64,000 nucleotides of DNA, from positions 1-64,000 of the IMG/VR virus record IMGVR_UViG_3300048580_000994, one strand, 5' to 3'. The DNA is from a virus. The first letter of the stretch is position 1, and every line of letters starts with the position of its first letter. A program made the translations under genes and the position numbers. This document shows, piece by piece, positions 1 through 11,343 of this stretch. The notes under the pieces were generated by a model. It saw only the letters and a list, made by a program, of their open reading frames with translations. It was not told where the DNA came from and did no database searches.

Positions 1-150
1 ATGTTAATAGACCTTATAGAAGGTAAATACCATTTATCAATAGATGGACAACCAATACAAAAATTAACAGATGAAAACAAACATAAATTGGATAAAGTAT
101 TAGATGATATTTTGGAATATGTAAAAAAAATTGAGGATGACAAATGACTA

Positions 151-1239
151 TTAGTTGAAATCGCTTTCCCAAATTGAAATAACATTATATCCAGCATTTT
201 TTAAATGTTGCTGTCTTTGTAAAGTTTTTTCGTATAATTCACCAAATGTTGTTTTAGTGATTGGATTAATATCAAGATGATCAAATTTGGAAGGATTTCC
301 ATGCCAAAAATCTCCATGGAATTCGTAGATGGTGTTGGTTTCATGGTCAAAACCATCTACTTCAAAATTTTTATTATTTATTTTTATTTTGTGTTGTCTT
401 AGTTTTATGTTTAATGAATCCAACCACAATGTTTCAGCTTTTGATATTCTGGATACACAACTTGGGCAACCAGCCCCACTAAGATGGCTTCTTGGTGTTT
501 GTTCGAAATCCCCATGAATTGGACAAGTAATAATTATCTTTTTGTTTGAACCAATATAAACTGTTTTATCATAGTTATAAAAATTATTGTGAATCATTGA
601 TGCTTGTTTGTTAAAATCGTTTGTTGTTTTATATCTGCCAGCACATTTGGGACAACCTTGTTTGCTGTTTATATGATTTGCGGGAGTTTGTCCAAAATCA
701 CCATGAATTGGGCAAACAATAGTTATTTTTGTATTATTACTTACATAATTAGATTTGTCATAATTGTAAAAATTATTATGAATTTTGTTGGCTAGTGTTA
801 TAAAATTTTCAATTGTGTTTGTTTGTCTTATTTTGTTTTTGGTGATACCACATTGTATACAACCTTGTCCTGATAAATGTTTATTTGGGGTTTGTTCAAA
901 ATCACCATGAATTGGGCATGTAATAATTATTTTCTTAGATGATTTTATATAGATTGTTTTAGAATAGTCATAAAAATTATTATGAATTTCTTTCCCTTGT
1001 TTTATGAAATCTTTGTGTGTTTTTGAAATAGCACTACCACTTTTTATATATCTACATTTTGGGCAACCTTGTCCTCGTAAATGATTATCAGGTGATTGTT
1101 CAAAATCACCATGGAGTGGGCATGTTATTGTTATATTAGTTCTTGCGTTTTGGTATATAACTTTATCATAAATGTAGAAATTATTATGTTTTTTATTAGC
1201 ATTGTTTTTAAATTCATATATTGTTAATTTTTTTGACAT
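151..1239 (-). CDS. Homing-endonuclease-like protein with 4 Zn-binding repeats (CPIHGDFEQTPxxHLxGxGCPxC) and C-terminal Vsr/PD-(D/E)XK-like nuclease domain
   Basis: Tandem repeats in translation; C-terminal VDG..IYEFHGDFWHG..IWE motif; paralogue of 27549..28622. Confidence 0.8.
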   Translation of the reverse strand: MSKKLTIYEFKNNANKKHNNFYIYDKVIYQNARTNITITCPLHGDFEQSPDNHLRGQGCPKCRYIKSGSAISKTHKDFIKQGKEIHNNFYDYSKTIYIKSSKKIIITCPIHGDFEQTPNKHLSGQGCIQCGITKNKIRQTNTIENFITLANKIHNNFYNYDKSNYVSNNTKITIVCPIHGDFGQTPANHINSKQGCPKCAGRYKTTNDFNKQASMIHNNFYNYDKTVYIGSNKKIIITCPIHGDFEQTPRSHLSGAGCPSCVSRISKAETLWLDSLNIKLRQHKIKINNKNFEVDGFDHETNTIYEFHGDFWHGNPSKFDHLDINPITKTTFGELYEKTLQRQQHLKNAGYNVISIWESDFN

Positions 1240-1256
1240 TTTATTGTTTCCTAATG

Positions 1257-1346
1257 TATAAATAGTTAATGGAGGGAGTAGTTGTACCTAATGACTACTT
1301 GGAAGAAATTTACAAGATTTCTTCCACCTTCCTGTATTTATTTATC
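1257..1346 (+). ncRNA. Divergent copy of nuclease-associated three-way-junction sRNA element
   Basis: TATAAATA 1257; GGAGGG/CCTTCC outer stem; GTAGTT/GACTAC hairpin containing CCTAATG, which repeats the RBS region 1250-1256; second hairpin GGAAGAAAT/ATTTCTTCC; TATTTATC 1339. Confidence 0.55.
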
Positions 1347-1457
1347 AATTTTTTCAAAAAAATGTATATTGATTTTTAAAAATCAATGATTTATACTAAA
1401 ATAGTTAATTTTTAAAACTATTTTATAAATAAACGTTTATTATAATGGAGTTATAGC

Positions 1458-3332
1458 ATGGTATCAAAGACAAAAAATTTGGAACAACAGTTTAAAAAAT
1501 TAGACGAGATATCACACGTCCTTCTCAGACCTGGGCGTTATATTGGTGCGGTCACACCACACACTGGAGATTATTATATTGTTGATGTAGAAAACCAAAA
1601 AATGGTAAAAGAAACCATTACATTTGTTCCTGCATTGATTAAAATTTTTGATGAAATCATTTCAAATTCTGTTGATTTTTCCAAAACACCAGATGGAAAA
1701 CATGTTACTACCATTAAAGTTAATATTGATAGGGATTCAGGTGAAATATCAATATTTGATGATGGAGGAATTATAGTCCAAAAGCATAAGGAGCACGACC
1801 AATATATACCAGAACTTGTATTTGAGTTGCGGGCTGGTTCCAATTTCAACGACGACGAGGACACAGAACTTACCGGACAAAATGGTGAAGGTGCAGCATT
1901 GACAGCTATTTTTTCAACATCCTTCAACGTTAAAACCTGTGATGGAAAGAATTCATTTGAACAAACCCATTTGGAAAACTCCAGACGCAAAACCACCCCA
2001 AGAGTGAAACCCCATGACAAAAAATTCACCAAAATCACTTTCACCCCTGATTATGAAAAATTTGGTTTGACGAAACTTGACGATGGGAACTATGCTAAAT
2101 TGGTCAAGAGAGTTTATGATGTTGCTGGCTGTAACACCTCATTGAAAGTTTTCTTTAACGACAAACAAATCAAAATCAAATCCTTTGAAGATTATGTTAA
2201 ATTTTATAAGGACGATTATGTTTATGCAGACAACGCTAAATGGAAAATCGCAGTAGCCCATTCAGATGACGGATTTAACCATATTTCATTTGTTAATGGT
2301 ACTGAAACTACAATTGGTGGTAACCATGTTAAATATATCACAGACCAAATTACAGTTAAACTTCGTGAATATTTCAAGAAAAAACACAAAGTTGATGTAA
2401 AACCAAATGAGATTTTGAACCATGTCCAGCTATTCATCGATGCATCAATCGTCAAGCCAAGATATTCATCCCAAACCAAAGAAGATTTGATAACAGAAAT
2501 CAAACAATTCGGGACAACGTTTGACGTTACAGATAGGTTCATCAATAAAATCATCCAAAGCACTATCATCCATTCAGTTCTTGATTGGGTTGAAACAAAA
2601 GCAGAAGCAGTAAACAGGGCTGAGTTGCGAAAATTGAATAAAGACGTTGATAAGACTAATCTTCGGAAAATCATCAAATTCTCAGATGCTGCGACGAAAA
2701 ACCGCAACGACGCCATTCTATTCATAACAGAGGGACAATCAGCCCAAGGAGCTATCAATTCAGCCAAAGACCCAAATACAATGGGTTCATATCCACTTAG
2801 GGGCAAACCAGTTAATGTTATGGCAACTGACAACAAGAAATTACTTGAAAACGAAGAGTTCAAAGAGTTATTATCAATCATTGGATTAAAGATCGGTGAA
2901 CCAGCCAAGAATATTCGTTTTGGAAAAATCGCATTCTGCGCTGACGCTGATCATGATGGGAGTGCAATTAATGGATTGTTGATAAATCTTTTTTATTCAT
3001 TTTGGCCAGATTTGTTTACAGAAGGACGAATGTACGTTTTCCGTACCCCAATCGTCAAAGTTACACAAAAGGGTATAGTAACTGCGTTCTATACAAACGA
3101 AGAATGGCAAGAATGGCAAGCAAGTAATACCAATTCAAAATTCACCTTTAAATATTATAAAGGTCTTGGTAGTTCCCTTGCACCTGAATTCAAAGAATAT
3201 TTTAAAAATATGGACAAACATTTGGTTCAAATAGTAAAAGACGATAAAGATAATACTACCTTGCGATTGATTTATAGTAAGGATGATGGTATGTCAAATA
3301 AACGCAAAGAATGGTTGGAGTTAATAGAATGA
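1458..3332 (+). CDS. DNA topoisomerase II large (ATPase+TOPRIM) subunit, T4 gp39/60-like
   Basis: HVLLRPGRYIG, EIISNSVD, GQNGEGA, TEGQSA, PLRGK, DADHDG, YYKGLG motifs. Confidence 0.95.
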   Translation: MVSKTKNLEQQFKKLDEISHVLLRPGRYIGAVTPHTGDYYIVDVENQKMVKETITFVPALIKIFDEIISNSVDFSKTPDGKHVTTIKVNIDRDSGEISIFDDGGIIVQKHKEHDQYIPELVFELRAGSNFNDDEDTELTGQNGEGAALTAIFSTSFNVKTCDGKNSFEQTHLENSRRKTTPRVKPHDKKFTKITFTPDYEKFGLTKLDDGNYAKLVKRVYDVAGCNTSLKVFFNDKQIKIKSFEDYVKFYKDDYVYADNAKWKIAVAHSDDGFNHISFVNGTETTIGGNHVKYITDQITVKLREYFKKKHKVDVKPNEILNHVQLFIDASIVKPRYSSQTKEDLITEIKQFGTTFDVTDRFINKIIQSTIIHSVLDWVETKAEAVNRAELRKLNKDVDKTNLRKIIKFSDAATKNRNDAILFITEGQSAQGAINSAKDPNTMGSYPLRGKPVNVMATDNKKLLENEEFKELLSIIGLKIGEPAKNIRFGKIAFCADADHDGSAINGLLINLFYSFWPDLFTEGRMYVFRTPIVKVTQKGIVTAFYTNEEWQEWQASNTNSKFTFKYYKGLGSSLAPEFKEYFKNMDKHLVQIVKDDKDNTTLRLIYSKDDGMSNKRKEWLELIE

Positions 3333-4663
3333 CAATAATGAAAAAAACAATTACAGAATATTTAAATGACGAAGTGAGGGCATTCTCCACTTATGCCAAT
3401 GTTAGAACCATTCCATCTGTTGTTGACAGTTTCAAGCCGGGACAGCGTAAAGCCATCTATACCCTTCTTCGTCGTGGTGAATCTTCAGGTGAAGTCAAAG
3501 TGTCTTCATTGTCTGGTGAAGTTATTACCCATGCTGCGTATCACCATGGCAACGTATCATTGGAAAATACCATTATCACATTATCACAAAATTTTTCTGG
3601 GTCGAATAACTATAATCTTTTAGAACCAATTGGGCAATTTGGTACACGATTGAATAAAGACGCCTCTGCTGCTCGTTATATTTTCACCAAACTTTCAAAA
3701 TATTTTAGAATGTTTTATAAGAAAGAAGATGAATTGTTGCTTGTTCAAAAAGACGAAGATGGAGATTTGATTGAGCCAGAAAACTACTTCCCTATAGTTC
3801 CAACTGTTCTTTTAAATGGAGTATCAGGTGTGGGGACAGGTTTTGCCACGATGATTATGTCCTATAAAGCATCTGACGTTATTGATAACTGTGTGGCTGT
3901 ATTGAATGGTAAAAAACAAAAGTCATTAATACCATGGGTTAGAGATTTCACTGGTACTATCAATCGTGAACCATCTGGTAGTATTGTGATGACTGGTGTA
4001 CTAACAGTTACTGGTGTTTATAGTTTAAAAATAACAGAAATCCCAACAGATTATGATTTGGAGAGTTATAAAGGGGTTTTGAATAAATTAGAAGATGCAG
4101 GTGTTATTAGGGAATATGATGATTTGTCATCTGGTAATAGATTTGAATTTGTTGTAAAAATTAATAGGGAAGTATCACAGCTTCCAATGGATAAATTACT
4201 TGAAAAATTTAAACTTATTAGTAAATTTAGTGAAAACTACACTTTGTTTAATGAAAATAATAAAATCAAAGTATTCCAAAATCCAAATGAAATTGTTGAA
4301 TATTTTGTAAAATTGCGACTTATTAAATATGCAGAACGTATTGCAGCATTAATCAAATATAAAGAAGAAGACTTGGTTTGGAAAAATGAAAAAATAAAAT
4401 TCATTAAATATTGGTTAAAAAATTCCAATTCACTAACGAAATTGACTAAATCAGAATTGTATGATAATTTAAAAAATGCGGGGTTTATTTCGATTGATGA
4501 CTTGTTGGGTAATAAGATTTATAATTTGACTAAAGAAGAAGTTGATAAATTGGAAAATCAAATAATTGAAGTCACAAATGAGATTGTTGAATTGAAAAAT
4601 ACAAAACCAAATGAATTATATATAAAAGAATTACAAATACTAAAAAAAGAACTAAAAGAATAA
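3311..4663 (+). CDS. DNA topoisomerase II medium (breakage-reunion) subunit, T4 gp52-like; true start likely 3329 or 3338
   Basis: IPSVVDSFKPGQRK, YHHG, SAARY catalytic Tyr, GVGTGF motifs. Confidence 0.95.
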   Translation: MVGVNRMTIMKKTITEYLNDEVRAFSTYANVRTIPSVVDSFKPGQRKAIYTLLRRGESSGEVKVSSLSGEVITHAAYHHGNVSLENTIITLSQNFSGSNNYNLLEPIGQFGTRLNKDASAARYIFTKLSKYFRMFYKKEDELLLVQKDEDGDLIEPENYFPIVPTVLLNGVSGVGTGFATMIMSYKASDVIDNCVAVLNGKKQKSLIPWVRDFTGTINREPSGSIVMTGVLTVTGVYSLKITEIPTDYDLESYKGVLNKLEDAGVIREYDDLSSGNRFEFVVKINREVSQLPMDKLLEKFKLISKFSENYTLFNENNKIKVFQNPNEIVEYFVKLRLIKYAERIAALIKYKEEDLVWKNEKIKFIKYWLKNSNSLTKLTKSELYDNLKNAGFISIDDLLGNKIYNLTKEEVDKLENQIIEVTNEIVELKNTKPNELYIKELQILKKELKE

Positions 4664-4689
4664 ATAACTGTGTAGTTAACTCTTTTGAG

Positions 4690-5055
4690 GTGTTGAACAT
4701 TATGAATATTGTATGGTTTTTTAATCCTGTTGGTTATTTTCTTTTACCTGAAGTTCGTGAACCAATAGATAATTTTATAAAATGGAACTATAGTCGTAAT
4801 ATGGATACTTTTATTGATTTTCTATCGGCATTTGGTGTAGCGAAAGCATCAAAACATGACTTCACCACAAGGGCATTGGACAACGAACACTTCAATGAAA
4901 TGATTAATTGGTTAAAAGAAAGGCATATTAATTATTGTATTGATATGCTTTCTCAGCCTGGGGTTGGTGATTTTCTTTATGGTGAAGAACGCACGAGATT
5001 TATCAAATTATTAGATAAATCTCGTGCTTTAGAATTTAATCTTGTGTGGTGTTGA
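4690..5055 (+). CDS. Hypothetical protein, C-terminal FxLxW family
   Basis: ORF; ends ALEFNLVWC. Confidence 0.55.
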   Translation: MLNIMNIVWFFNPVGYFLLPEVREPIDNFIKWNYSRNMDTFIDFLSAFGVAKASKHDFTTRALDNEHFNEMINWLKERHINYCIDMLSQPGVGDFLYGEERTRFIKLLDKSRALEFNLVWC

Positions 5056-5389
5056 TGCTACAAAGTGTTATTCCAACTTCCAAATCCTTATGGGCTTGAA
5101 TAACTTTTTCTGCCAAAGCTCTAACTGTAGGGTTCGCCAATAATACCGACAAATTATCAACCGATAAAATATTTTCCAATTTTTCCCAATTCGCCATACC
5201 CTCACGATAGACGAGAATGAAGGTATCATTTTCAGGTTTTCCACCGACAGTTCCACTATAATTTGGTCTCATAAAATCAATAGTGATGTTTGACCCATAA
5301 TCACTAACCATCAGTGGCGTCAAAGCCATCAAATCTTTTGGCTCCATCCTCATGCTACCATATTGGTCGACTGTTACAACTTTAACCAT
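5036..5389 (-). CDS. Hypothetical protein
   Basis: ORF coupled to upstream ORF stop. Confidence 0.6.
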   Translation of the reverse strand: MVKVVTVDQYGSMRMEPKDLMALTPLMVSDYGSNITIDFMRPNYSGTVGGKPENDTFILVYREGMANWEKLENILSVDNLSVLLANPTVRALAEKVIQAHKDLEVGITLCSINTTQD

Positions 5390-5712
5390 TAATTATCCTC
5401 CGCTAATTTAAACACCTCTTCCATTGTTGGTAGGATTGTTGGTTCTTTCAATTTTCTAATAACATATTCTTGTTTAAATACAGATAAGAATTCTGGATTA
5501 ACCCAAACAAATTCTTCATATGAATCATCTTCATCGTTATAATCGTCTGTATAATATGTTACTAAATATATTGTTGATGTTTCGGTGTTGAACACAATAT
5601 CAACATCGTTTTGGAAAAGATATGCCCAAGCTGGACCAAAAATATCCCATCCAAATTCATACCCTTCTATTATTTTAAAATCCATTCGTTGTAATATTTC
5701 AATTAAATTCAT
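5389..5712 (-). CDS. Hypothetical phage protein
   Basis: ORF with AGGAG RBS. Confidence 0.65.
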   Translation of the reverse strand: MNLIEILQRMDFKIIEGYEFGWDIFGPAWAYLFQNDVDIVFNTETSTIYLVTYYTDDYNDEDDSYEEFVWVNPEFLSVFKQEYVIRKLKEPTILPTMEEVFKLAEDN

Positions 5713-5814
5713 TTCATATCTCCTTTCTAATTCTAACCATAATATGAATTTAATTTTAAAAAGTCAATATTTTAAAAATAAGATAAATACTATTAAACAA
5801 ATTAGGAAATAAAA

Positions 5815-8682
5815 ATGGCTTATTTAGGTTCAACAATACAAACTCGACACATGGTTAGGCGTGAAGCTGACACCGCTCCAACTCTTGATGTAGCATGGAA
5901 ATTAGGTATGCCAACAATGAAGTGGAAAAATTTTTATGCCATATCAATTCATGGTAGTCTTATTGGTAATGCTGATACTTTTACTAAATTCGCAACTCCA
6001 CAAACTTTTAATTTTCAAGGTGATGTTACAGGGACTTCCACATTTGATGGTTCTATACCTGTTTCAATATCGCTTGCTGTGGTCGATGACAGTCACACCC
6101 ATGATATAAGATATTATACCAAAACCAACACAGACACAACATATGCCCCATTATCAGGACCAACATTGACTGGAAATTTGGTATTTTCGTCAGGTGAAAT
6201 TGTCGGGTTAACACCAATACCATCATCTAATACTTCAGCCACATCAAAAGATTATGTTGATGCCCAAATCACCACTGCAATCAATACAGAAAACAATAAA
6301 ATTGATAAAAATGGTTCATTGGCAATGCAATCCAACCTTAGCCTTGGAAACTTTAAAATCACTAACGTTACCACTCCAACAGCATCCACAGATTTATTAA
6401 ACTTGACCACAGGTGATGTTCGTTATTTAAAACTGATTGGTGGTACAATGACAGGACCATTAAATTTGGGTGGTTCTCAATTGTCCACAGCAAAAACCCC
6501 TACTGCTGCCAATCATGTTGGAACGAGATTTTTTTCAGACGCACGTTACCCACAGTTAACAGGTGCCACTTTAACAGGGGCTTTAAATTTGGGTGGGAAT
6601 ATTTTATCAAATTTGGCAACACCAACATCTGGAAACCAAGTCCCAACATTGACTTACAACGATTCCCGTTATGTAGCCCTATCTGGTTCCACGATGACTG
6701 GTGGGTTGACTGTCAACACTGGGTTGACACTATCCAATTCCACACTATCAAGCCCACTTACCCCTACAGCCGGGAATCATGTTGGGGATCGTGATTATAA
6801 CGATGCCCGCTATGCCCAAGCGATTGGTGGGAATTTGAACCTTACAGTCCCAATCAAGTTGAAACAGGTCGTTGAAACCCAAACAACCCTATCTATTAGT
6901 GCTGGTGTGGTATCAATTAATATGGCGTTGGGGAATATTTTTACAGTGGTGATGAATCAAAACATAACCAGTATGACTTTTACCAACATACCATCAACAG
7001 GGACCGTTGGTTATTTTACTTTAATATTAACCCAAGATTCCACCGGTAGTAGGATAGTTTCTTGGCCAGCATCAGTTTTATGGGCAAATGGTGTAACACC
7101 AACCCTTACAGCCGCCCCATCTGACTTTGATACCATTACTTTGATAACCTATAATGGTGGGACAAATTGGTATGGTGTTTTTGCTGCGAAGGCTAACAAG
7201 GTACCAGTTTGGCAAACCAATTCGACTTTGGGTAATTTTAACGAACAATCATCCACTAATATCACCCTAACAGCCACTGACGCAGACGCATCTGACACCT
7301 TGACATATTCGTTAATATCTGGGGCATTACCAAGTGGACTATCTCTTTCAACATCTGGTATAATTTCTGGCACGACCCCACAAGTAACATCGGACACATC
7401 ATATTCATTTGTGGTAAAAGTTTTGGATAATCATGGTGGTGGAGCCTTGAGAACATTCTCCATGACAGTCCTGAATAATATCAACGAAGCCCCAATATGG
7501 ACGACCCCTTCTGGAACATTAGGAACTGCTAATGAACAAACAGCGTTTAGCACCACAGTTTTGGCAACAGACCCAAATGGTGATTCCATCACTTATTCGG
7601 TTACCAGTGGTGGATTACCACCGGGATTGTCGTTGTCTATAGCAGGGGCAATAACAGGGACTATTGGGACCATATATCTCAACACTGTCTATAACTTTAC
7701 CATTACAGCCACAGATTCAAAGGGTGGTGCAACCCCAAGAGCATTCTCTATAAGTACCGTTAATATAACCAATGAGGCTCCTGTTTGGTCTACAGCAGCA
7801 GGTTCATTGGGTTCATATACTTCTGGGACATCTGTTAATGTTTCGGTTGTGGCAACTGATCCAAATAATAACACATTGACTTATAGTATAATATCTGGTT
7901 CACTACCATCTGGACTATCGTTGGGTAGTGGTGGGACTATTTCTGGTACACCATCAACTGCGAATACCTATAATTTTACTATTAGGGTTGACGATGGTTT
8001 GGGTGGTATAGCCGATAGAGCATTTAGTATGACTATTGATGTAGCACTACCTCAATCATTGGTTAGTATTGGTGATAATATGCAAGATTTCGTTATTAGC
8101 AGTGGTTCTGATTTTTCGATGGAATGTTTTATTTCTGGTGCTGCATCTGGTGCATTAGCCAGTTGGGATGATGGTGGCGGTTCAACGAGCAAGTGGATAT
8201 GGTGGAATCAAGGTTCTGAAATACATACCAATAACCAAAGTGGGCAACATGTCAACATATCATTTACTAATTATTATGTTAACGACGGGCAATGGCATCA
8301 TATTCTTATAACAAAAAGCAGTACTACTTGGTATTATTTCGTTGATGGTATTTTGAGGGGTACGACGACAGTCACAGTTGATTTACCGCCAACTCCAGTT
8401 CCAACAGCACCATTACAAATTGGTGGAGCTGAAGGACAATTCAAATTCATTGGGAAGATGCATAATTTTAGATTTACAAGATATCAGTTGATTGCATCTA
8501 ATTTCACACCATCCTTCCCACTAAGCCCCTCATCGCCAGTTAGTTCTGTGTTGTTGTTACCTTTTAACAATAGCACCAATGATATATCTGGAAGGAACCA
8601 TGTTGTTGTTGGAAATATGAATTACACAACGCTTGGTTCGACGTCTTGGGGAACTCAAAATTATTGTGCAATTTTTTCTTGA
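5815..8682 (+). CDS. Virion fibre/structural protein with repeats, three putative Ig (He_PIG-like) domains and C-terminal LamG/ConA-like domain
   Basis: Thr/Gly/Ser-rich; repeated ATDPNGDxxTYS..GxLPxGLSL..GxISGT; DGQWHHI..YYFVDG LamG motif; late promoter GATAAATA upstream. Confidence 0.8.
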   Translation: MAYLGSTIQTRHMVRREADTAPTLDVAWKLGMPTMKWKNFYAISIHGSLIGNADTFTKFATPQTFNFQGDVTGTSTFDGSIPVSISLAVVDDSHTHDIRYYTKTNTDTTYAPLSGPTLTGNLVFSSGEIVGLTPIPSSNTSATSKDYVDAQITTAINTENNKIDKNGSLAMQSNLSLGNFKITNVTTPTASTDLLNLTTGDVRYLKLIGGTMTGPLNLGGSQLSTAKTPTAANHVGTRFFSDARYPQLTGATLTGALNLGGNILSNLATPTSGNQVPTLTYNDSRYVALSGSTMTGGLTVNTGLTLSNSTLSSPLTPTAGNHVGDRDYNDARYAQAIGGNLNLTVPIKLKQVVETQTTLSISAGVVSINMALGNIFTVVMNQNITSMTFTNIPSTGTVGYFTLILTQDSTGSRIVSWPASVLWANGVTPTLTAAPSDFDTITLITYNGGTNWYGVFAAKANKVPVWQTNSTLGNFNEQSSTNITLTATDADASDTLTYSLISGALPSGLSLSTSGIISGTTPQVTSDTSYSFVVKVLDNHGGGALRTFSMTVLNNINEAPIWTTPSGTLGTANEQTAFSTTVLATDPNGDSITYSVTSGGLPPGLSLSIAGAITGTIGTIYLNTVYNFTITATDSKGGATPRAFSISTVNITNEAPVWSTAAGSLGSYTSGTSVNVSVVATDPNNNTLTYSIISGSLPSGLSLGSGGTISGTPSTANTYNFTIRVDDGLGGIADRAFSMTIDVALPQSLVSIGDNMQDFVISSGSDFSMECFISGAASGALASWDDGGGSTSKWIWWNQGSEIHTNNQSGQHVNISFTNYYVNDGQWHHILITKSSTTWYYFVDGILRGTTTVTVDLPPTPVPTAPLQIGGAEGQFKFIGKMHNFRFTRYQLIASNFTPSFPLSPSSPVSSVLLLPFNNSTNDISGRNHVVVGNMNYTTLGSTSWGTQNYCAIFS

Positions 8683-8714
8683 CAACCTTCATTTTTTCTG
8701 ATACTATAAGCATT

Positions 8715-9428
8715 ATGAAAAAATTATACCCAGTGATCCACTTCTTTGATAAAGACCTATCCATTCACAACGCTGAAAAAGCTTGGGAAGCTGGGTGTGA
8801 TGGCGTTTTTATGATTGACACATTAATGGCAAAGCCCCAATCCTTTGACTTTACCATTAATTCAGAATTTGATGAAACAGTCATCTATCTAAAAACCAAT
8901 TACCCTGATAAACGTATAGGAACGAATCGTTTATTGCCAGATCCAGAAGAAATAATTTATAGGGATATTTTACAACAGGTTGATATGGGATGGGAAGATA
9001 ATCCGGGTGTTCATTCTCAGATACAATTTAATAACCAACCATTCACAAATTATGTCAATCATAACCTTAAAAAAATGTGGGCTATAAACCCTGATTATAA
9101 ATTCTTTGGTTCGGTTGCATTTAAAACCCAAATCCCAGACCCAGACCCTGCATTCGTCGCCCTTGTGGCGAGAGAGTATGGATGGATACCAACCACTTCT
9201 GGTACTAAAACAGGTTCCCCACCTCCACTTGATAAAATCATCACAATGAAGGAAGCATTAGAAGAGTCGCCCTTGGCTGTGGCATCTGGAATGGACCCTG
9301 AAAACATTGACCAATACCTTCCCTATATTGACTATTATCTTGTCGCCACTGGAATAGCCTCAGACTACTATAATCTTGATTTGGGGCTTATAACCAAGAT
9401 GAACGATAAAATAAAAAGTTACAAATAA
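8715..9428 (+). CDS. BtpA/SgcQ-like TIM-barrel protein
   Basis: PVIH, GSVAFK, TTSGTKTG, ASGMDPENI, LVATGI motifs; ATG 8715 avoids overlap. Confidence 0.7.
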   Translation: MKKLYPVIHFFDKDLSIHNAEKAWEAGCDGVFMIDTLMAKPQSFDFTINSEFDETVIYLKTNYPDKRIGTNRLLPDPEEIIYRDILQQVDMGWEDNPGVHSQIQFNNQPFTNYVNHNLKKMWAINPDYKFFGSVAFKTQIPDPDPAFVALVAREYGWIPTTSGTKTGSPPPLDKIITMKEALEESPLAVASGMDPENIDQYLPYIDYYLVATGIASDYYNLDLGLITKMNDKIKSYK

Positions 9429-9509
9429 ATTACAAAATTTATTCTTAAAATTTGAAAACCGACATTAAATAGTGGTAGACTTTCTTAAATCGTTAAAGGA
9501 GTAGCCACA

Positions 9510-10454
9510 ATGAAAATCATCGCAGGAACCGCCAGTACCCTATTAGCATCCAATATTGCCAAACATCTTAGAATGGATATAACAAGGACCAACGTTCAAA
9601 AATTCTCTGACGGGGAATTGTTTGTAGAAATAATGGAAAACGTTCGGGGAAAAGACGTTTTCGTTATACAATCCACCTCCAATCCTGCCAATGATAACCT
9701 CATGGAACTTTTAATCACCATTGACGCATTGAAGAGGGGATCAGCTTCCAGAATAACTGCGGTGATGCCATATTATGGGTATGCCAGACAAGATCGCAAG
9801 ACTGGTGCCCGTACCCCAATCACAGCCAAGATGGTTGCCGATATCATTGAGTCCGCTGGTGCCAATAGGGTTTTAACGATGGACCTTCATGCCAGCCAGA
9901 TCCAAGGATTTTTCAACATACCAGTTGACAACCTTTATGCAAGACCAATTTTCGTTCGTGATATAAAGGAACGCTATGGACATAAATTAAATTCCACTGT
10001 TATCGTATCACCTGACGCTGGTGGTGTTGTACGAGCCAGAGGCTTGGCTGCGAAACTTTCGGACGATACCAACCTCGCCATCATTGACAAACGTAGGGAA
10101 AAAGCCAACCATGCTGAAGTGATGCATGTTGTTGGAAATGTTGAAAATCGCCATTGTATCATTGTTGATGATATGATCGATACAGCTGGGACATTATGTG
10201 CTGGTGCCAAAGCATTAAAGGAACATGGTGCTGCAAGTGTTAGTGCCTATATTTCCCACGGTGTTTTGAGTGGACCTGCTTACACAAGAATTGCAGAATC
10301 GGCCATTGACGAATTGGTAGTCACAGATTCGATCTATTCCAATGGAAGAATGTCAGAATGCAGAAAAATTCGTCAGATAACCACTGCTCCTTTACTTGCA
10401 GAGGCAATCAAACGGGTTAGCCTTTCTGAGAGCGTTTCAAGTTTGTTTGAATAA
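9510..10454 (+). CDS. prs: Ribose-phosphate pyrophosphokinase
   Basis: FSDGE, PYYGYARQDRK, DLHASQIQGFF, VSPDAGG, VDDMIDTAGT. Confidence 0.97.
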   Translation: MKIIAGTASTLLASNIAKHLRMDITRTNVQKFSDGELFVEIMENVRGKDVFVIQSTSNPANDNLMELLITIDALKRGSASRITAVMPYYGYARQDRKTGARTPITAKMVADIIESAGANRVLTMDLHASQIQGFFNIPVDNLYARPIFVRDIKERYGHKLNSTVIVSPDAGGVVRARGLAAKLSDDTNLAIIDKRREKANHAEVMHVVGNVENRHCIIVDDMIDTAGTLCAGAKALKEHGAASVSAYISHGVLSGPAYTRIAESAIDELVVTDSIYSNGRMSECRKIRQITTAPLLAEAIKRVSLSESVSSLFE

Positions 10455-10509
10455 AAAAGTTGATTTATCCAAAATATTATGATACTTTCTTATAAAGGAG
10501 AAAATCATA

Positions 10510-11085
10510 ATGATAAAAAGATTATTGAAAATTTTTAAATTTGAAAAACCAAAACATAATATTAATAAACCCATTAATGGTGTATGTATCGAAATCCCAG
10601 ATTGGGATCAGTTGTTTATGACCATGGCTCATTTAATAGCCAGAAAATCCAAAGACACCTCCACTAAAACAGGAAGTATTATAGTGGATAATATGAATAG
10701 AATTAAAAGTCTTGGGTATAATGGTTTTCCAAGAGGCGTTGATGATAGTGTTGAAGAAAGATATCAACGCCCAACTAAATATTTTTATGTTACCCATTCT
10801 GAAGCCAATAGTATTTTAAATTATCGTGGGGATTTGGAAGGTTGTAAAATTTATGTCACTTGGTCGCCATGCTGTGAATGTTCTAAAATGATAATTCAGT
10901 CAGGCATCAAAGAAGTAATCATTCATGAAGAATTTGACAACATTGACATGGATTCTCGTTGGGATGCCAGCACTGAAGCTGCCACTACAATGTTGGAAGA
11001 AGCTGGTGTTGAAGTTCGCAAATGGTCTGGGAAGGTTTTGGATTTATCCATTGGCTTAAAAAATGGGCATATTGTTGATTTATAA
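10510..11085 (+). CDS. dCMP deaminase
   Basis: GYNGFPRG, HSEANSI, SPCCECSK Zn motifs. Confidence 0.92.
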   Translation: MIKRLLKIFKFEKPKHNINKPINGVCIEIPDWDQLFMTMAHLIARKSKDTSTKTGSIIVDNMNRIKSLGYNGFPRGVDDSVEERYQRPTKYFYVTHSEANSILNYRGDLEGCKIYVTWSPCCECSKMIIQSGIKEVIIHEEFDNIDMDSRWDASTEAATTMLEEAGVEVRKWSGKVLDLSIGLKNGHIVDL

Positions 11086-11106
11086 AATTTAGATAAGGAA
11101 AAATGA

Positions 11107-11343
11107 ATGTCTTGGAACACTTTGAAACGCTTTGACGCTGGATTTTTATTTCAGCATGAGTTTGACGTTGAATACGAGCATCCCAATGCTACCCTTGAAT
11201 TGTGGGCAGAGTCTAACCCAAAGCATGTTAAATTAGACTATTCTAATATTAGTGGGCATCATCGATATAAGGTATACGTCAAGACAGGGAAATTGGCTAC
11301 CTTCTTTAAATTGAAATTTGTGGGAGTTGTGAATGAAGAATAA
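11107..11343 (+). CDS. Hypothetical protein, FKLxF family
   Basis: ends ATFFKLKFV. Confidence 0.6.
   Translation: MSWNTLKRFDAGFLFQHEFDVEYEHPNATLELWAESNPKHVKLDYSNISGHHRYKVYVKTGKLATFFKLKFVGVVNEE

Noticed and set aside
1574-2908. Antisense ORFs within topoisomerase, and similar ones within prs, lpxC, 54536 and 57396
   Set aside because: Opposite-strand shadows of well-supported genes.
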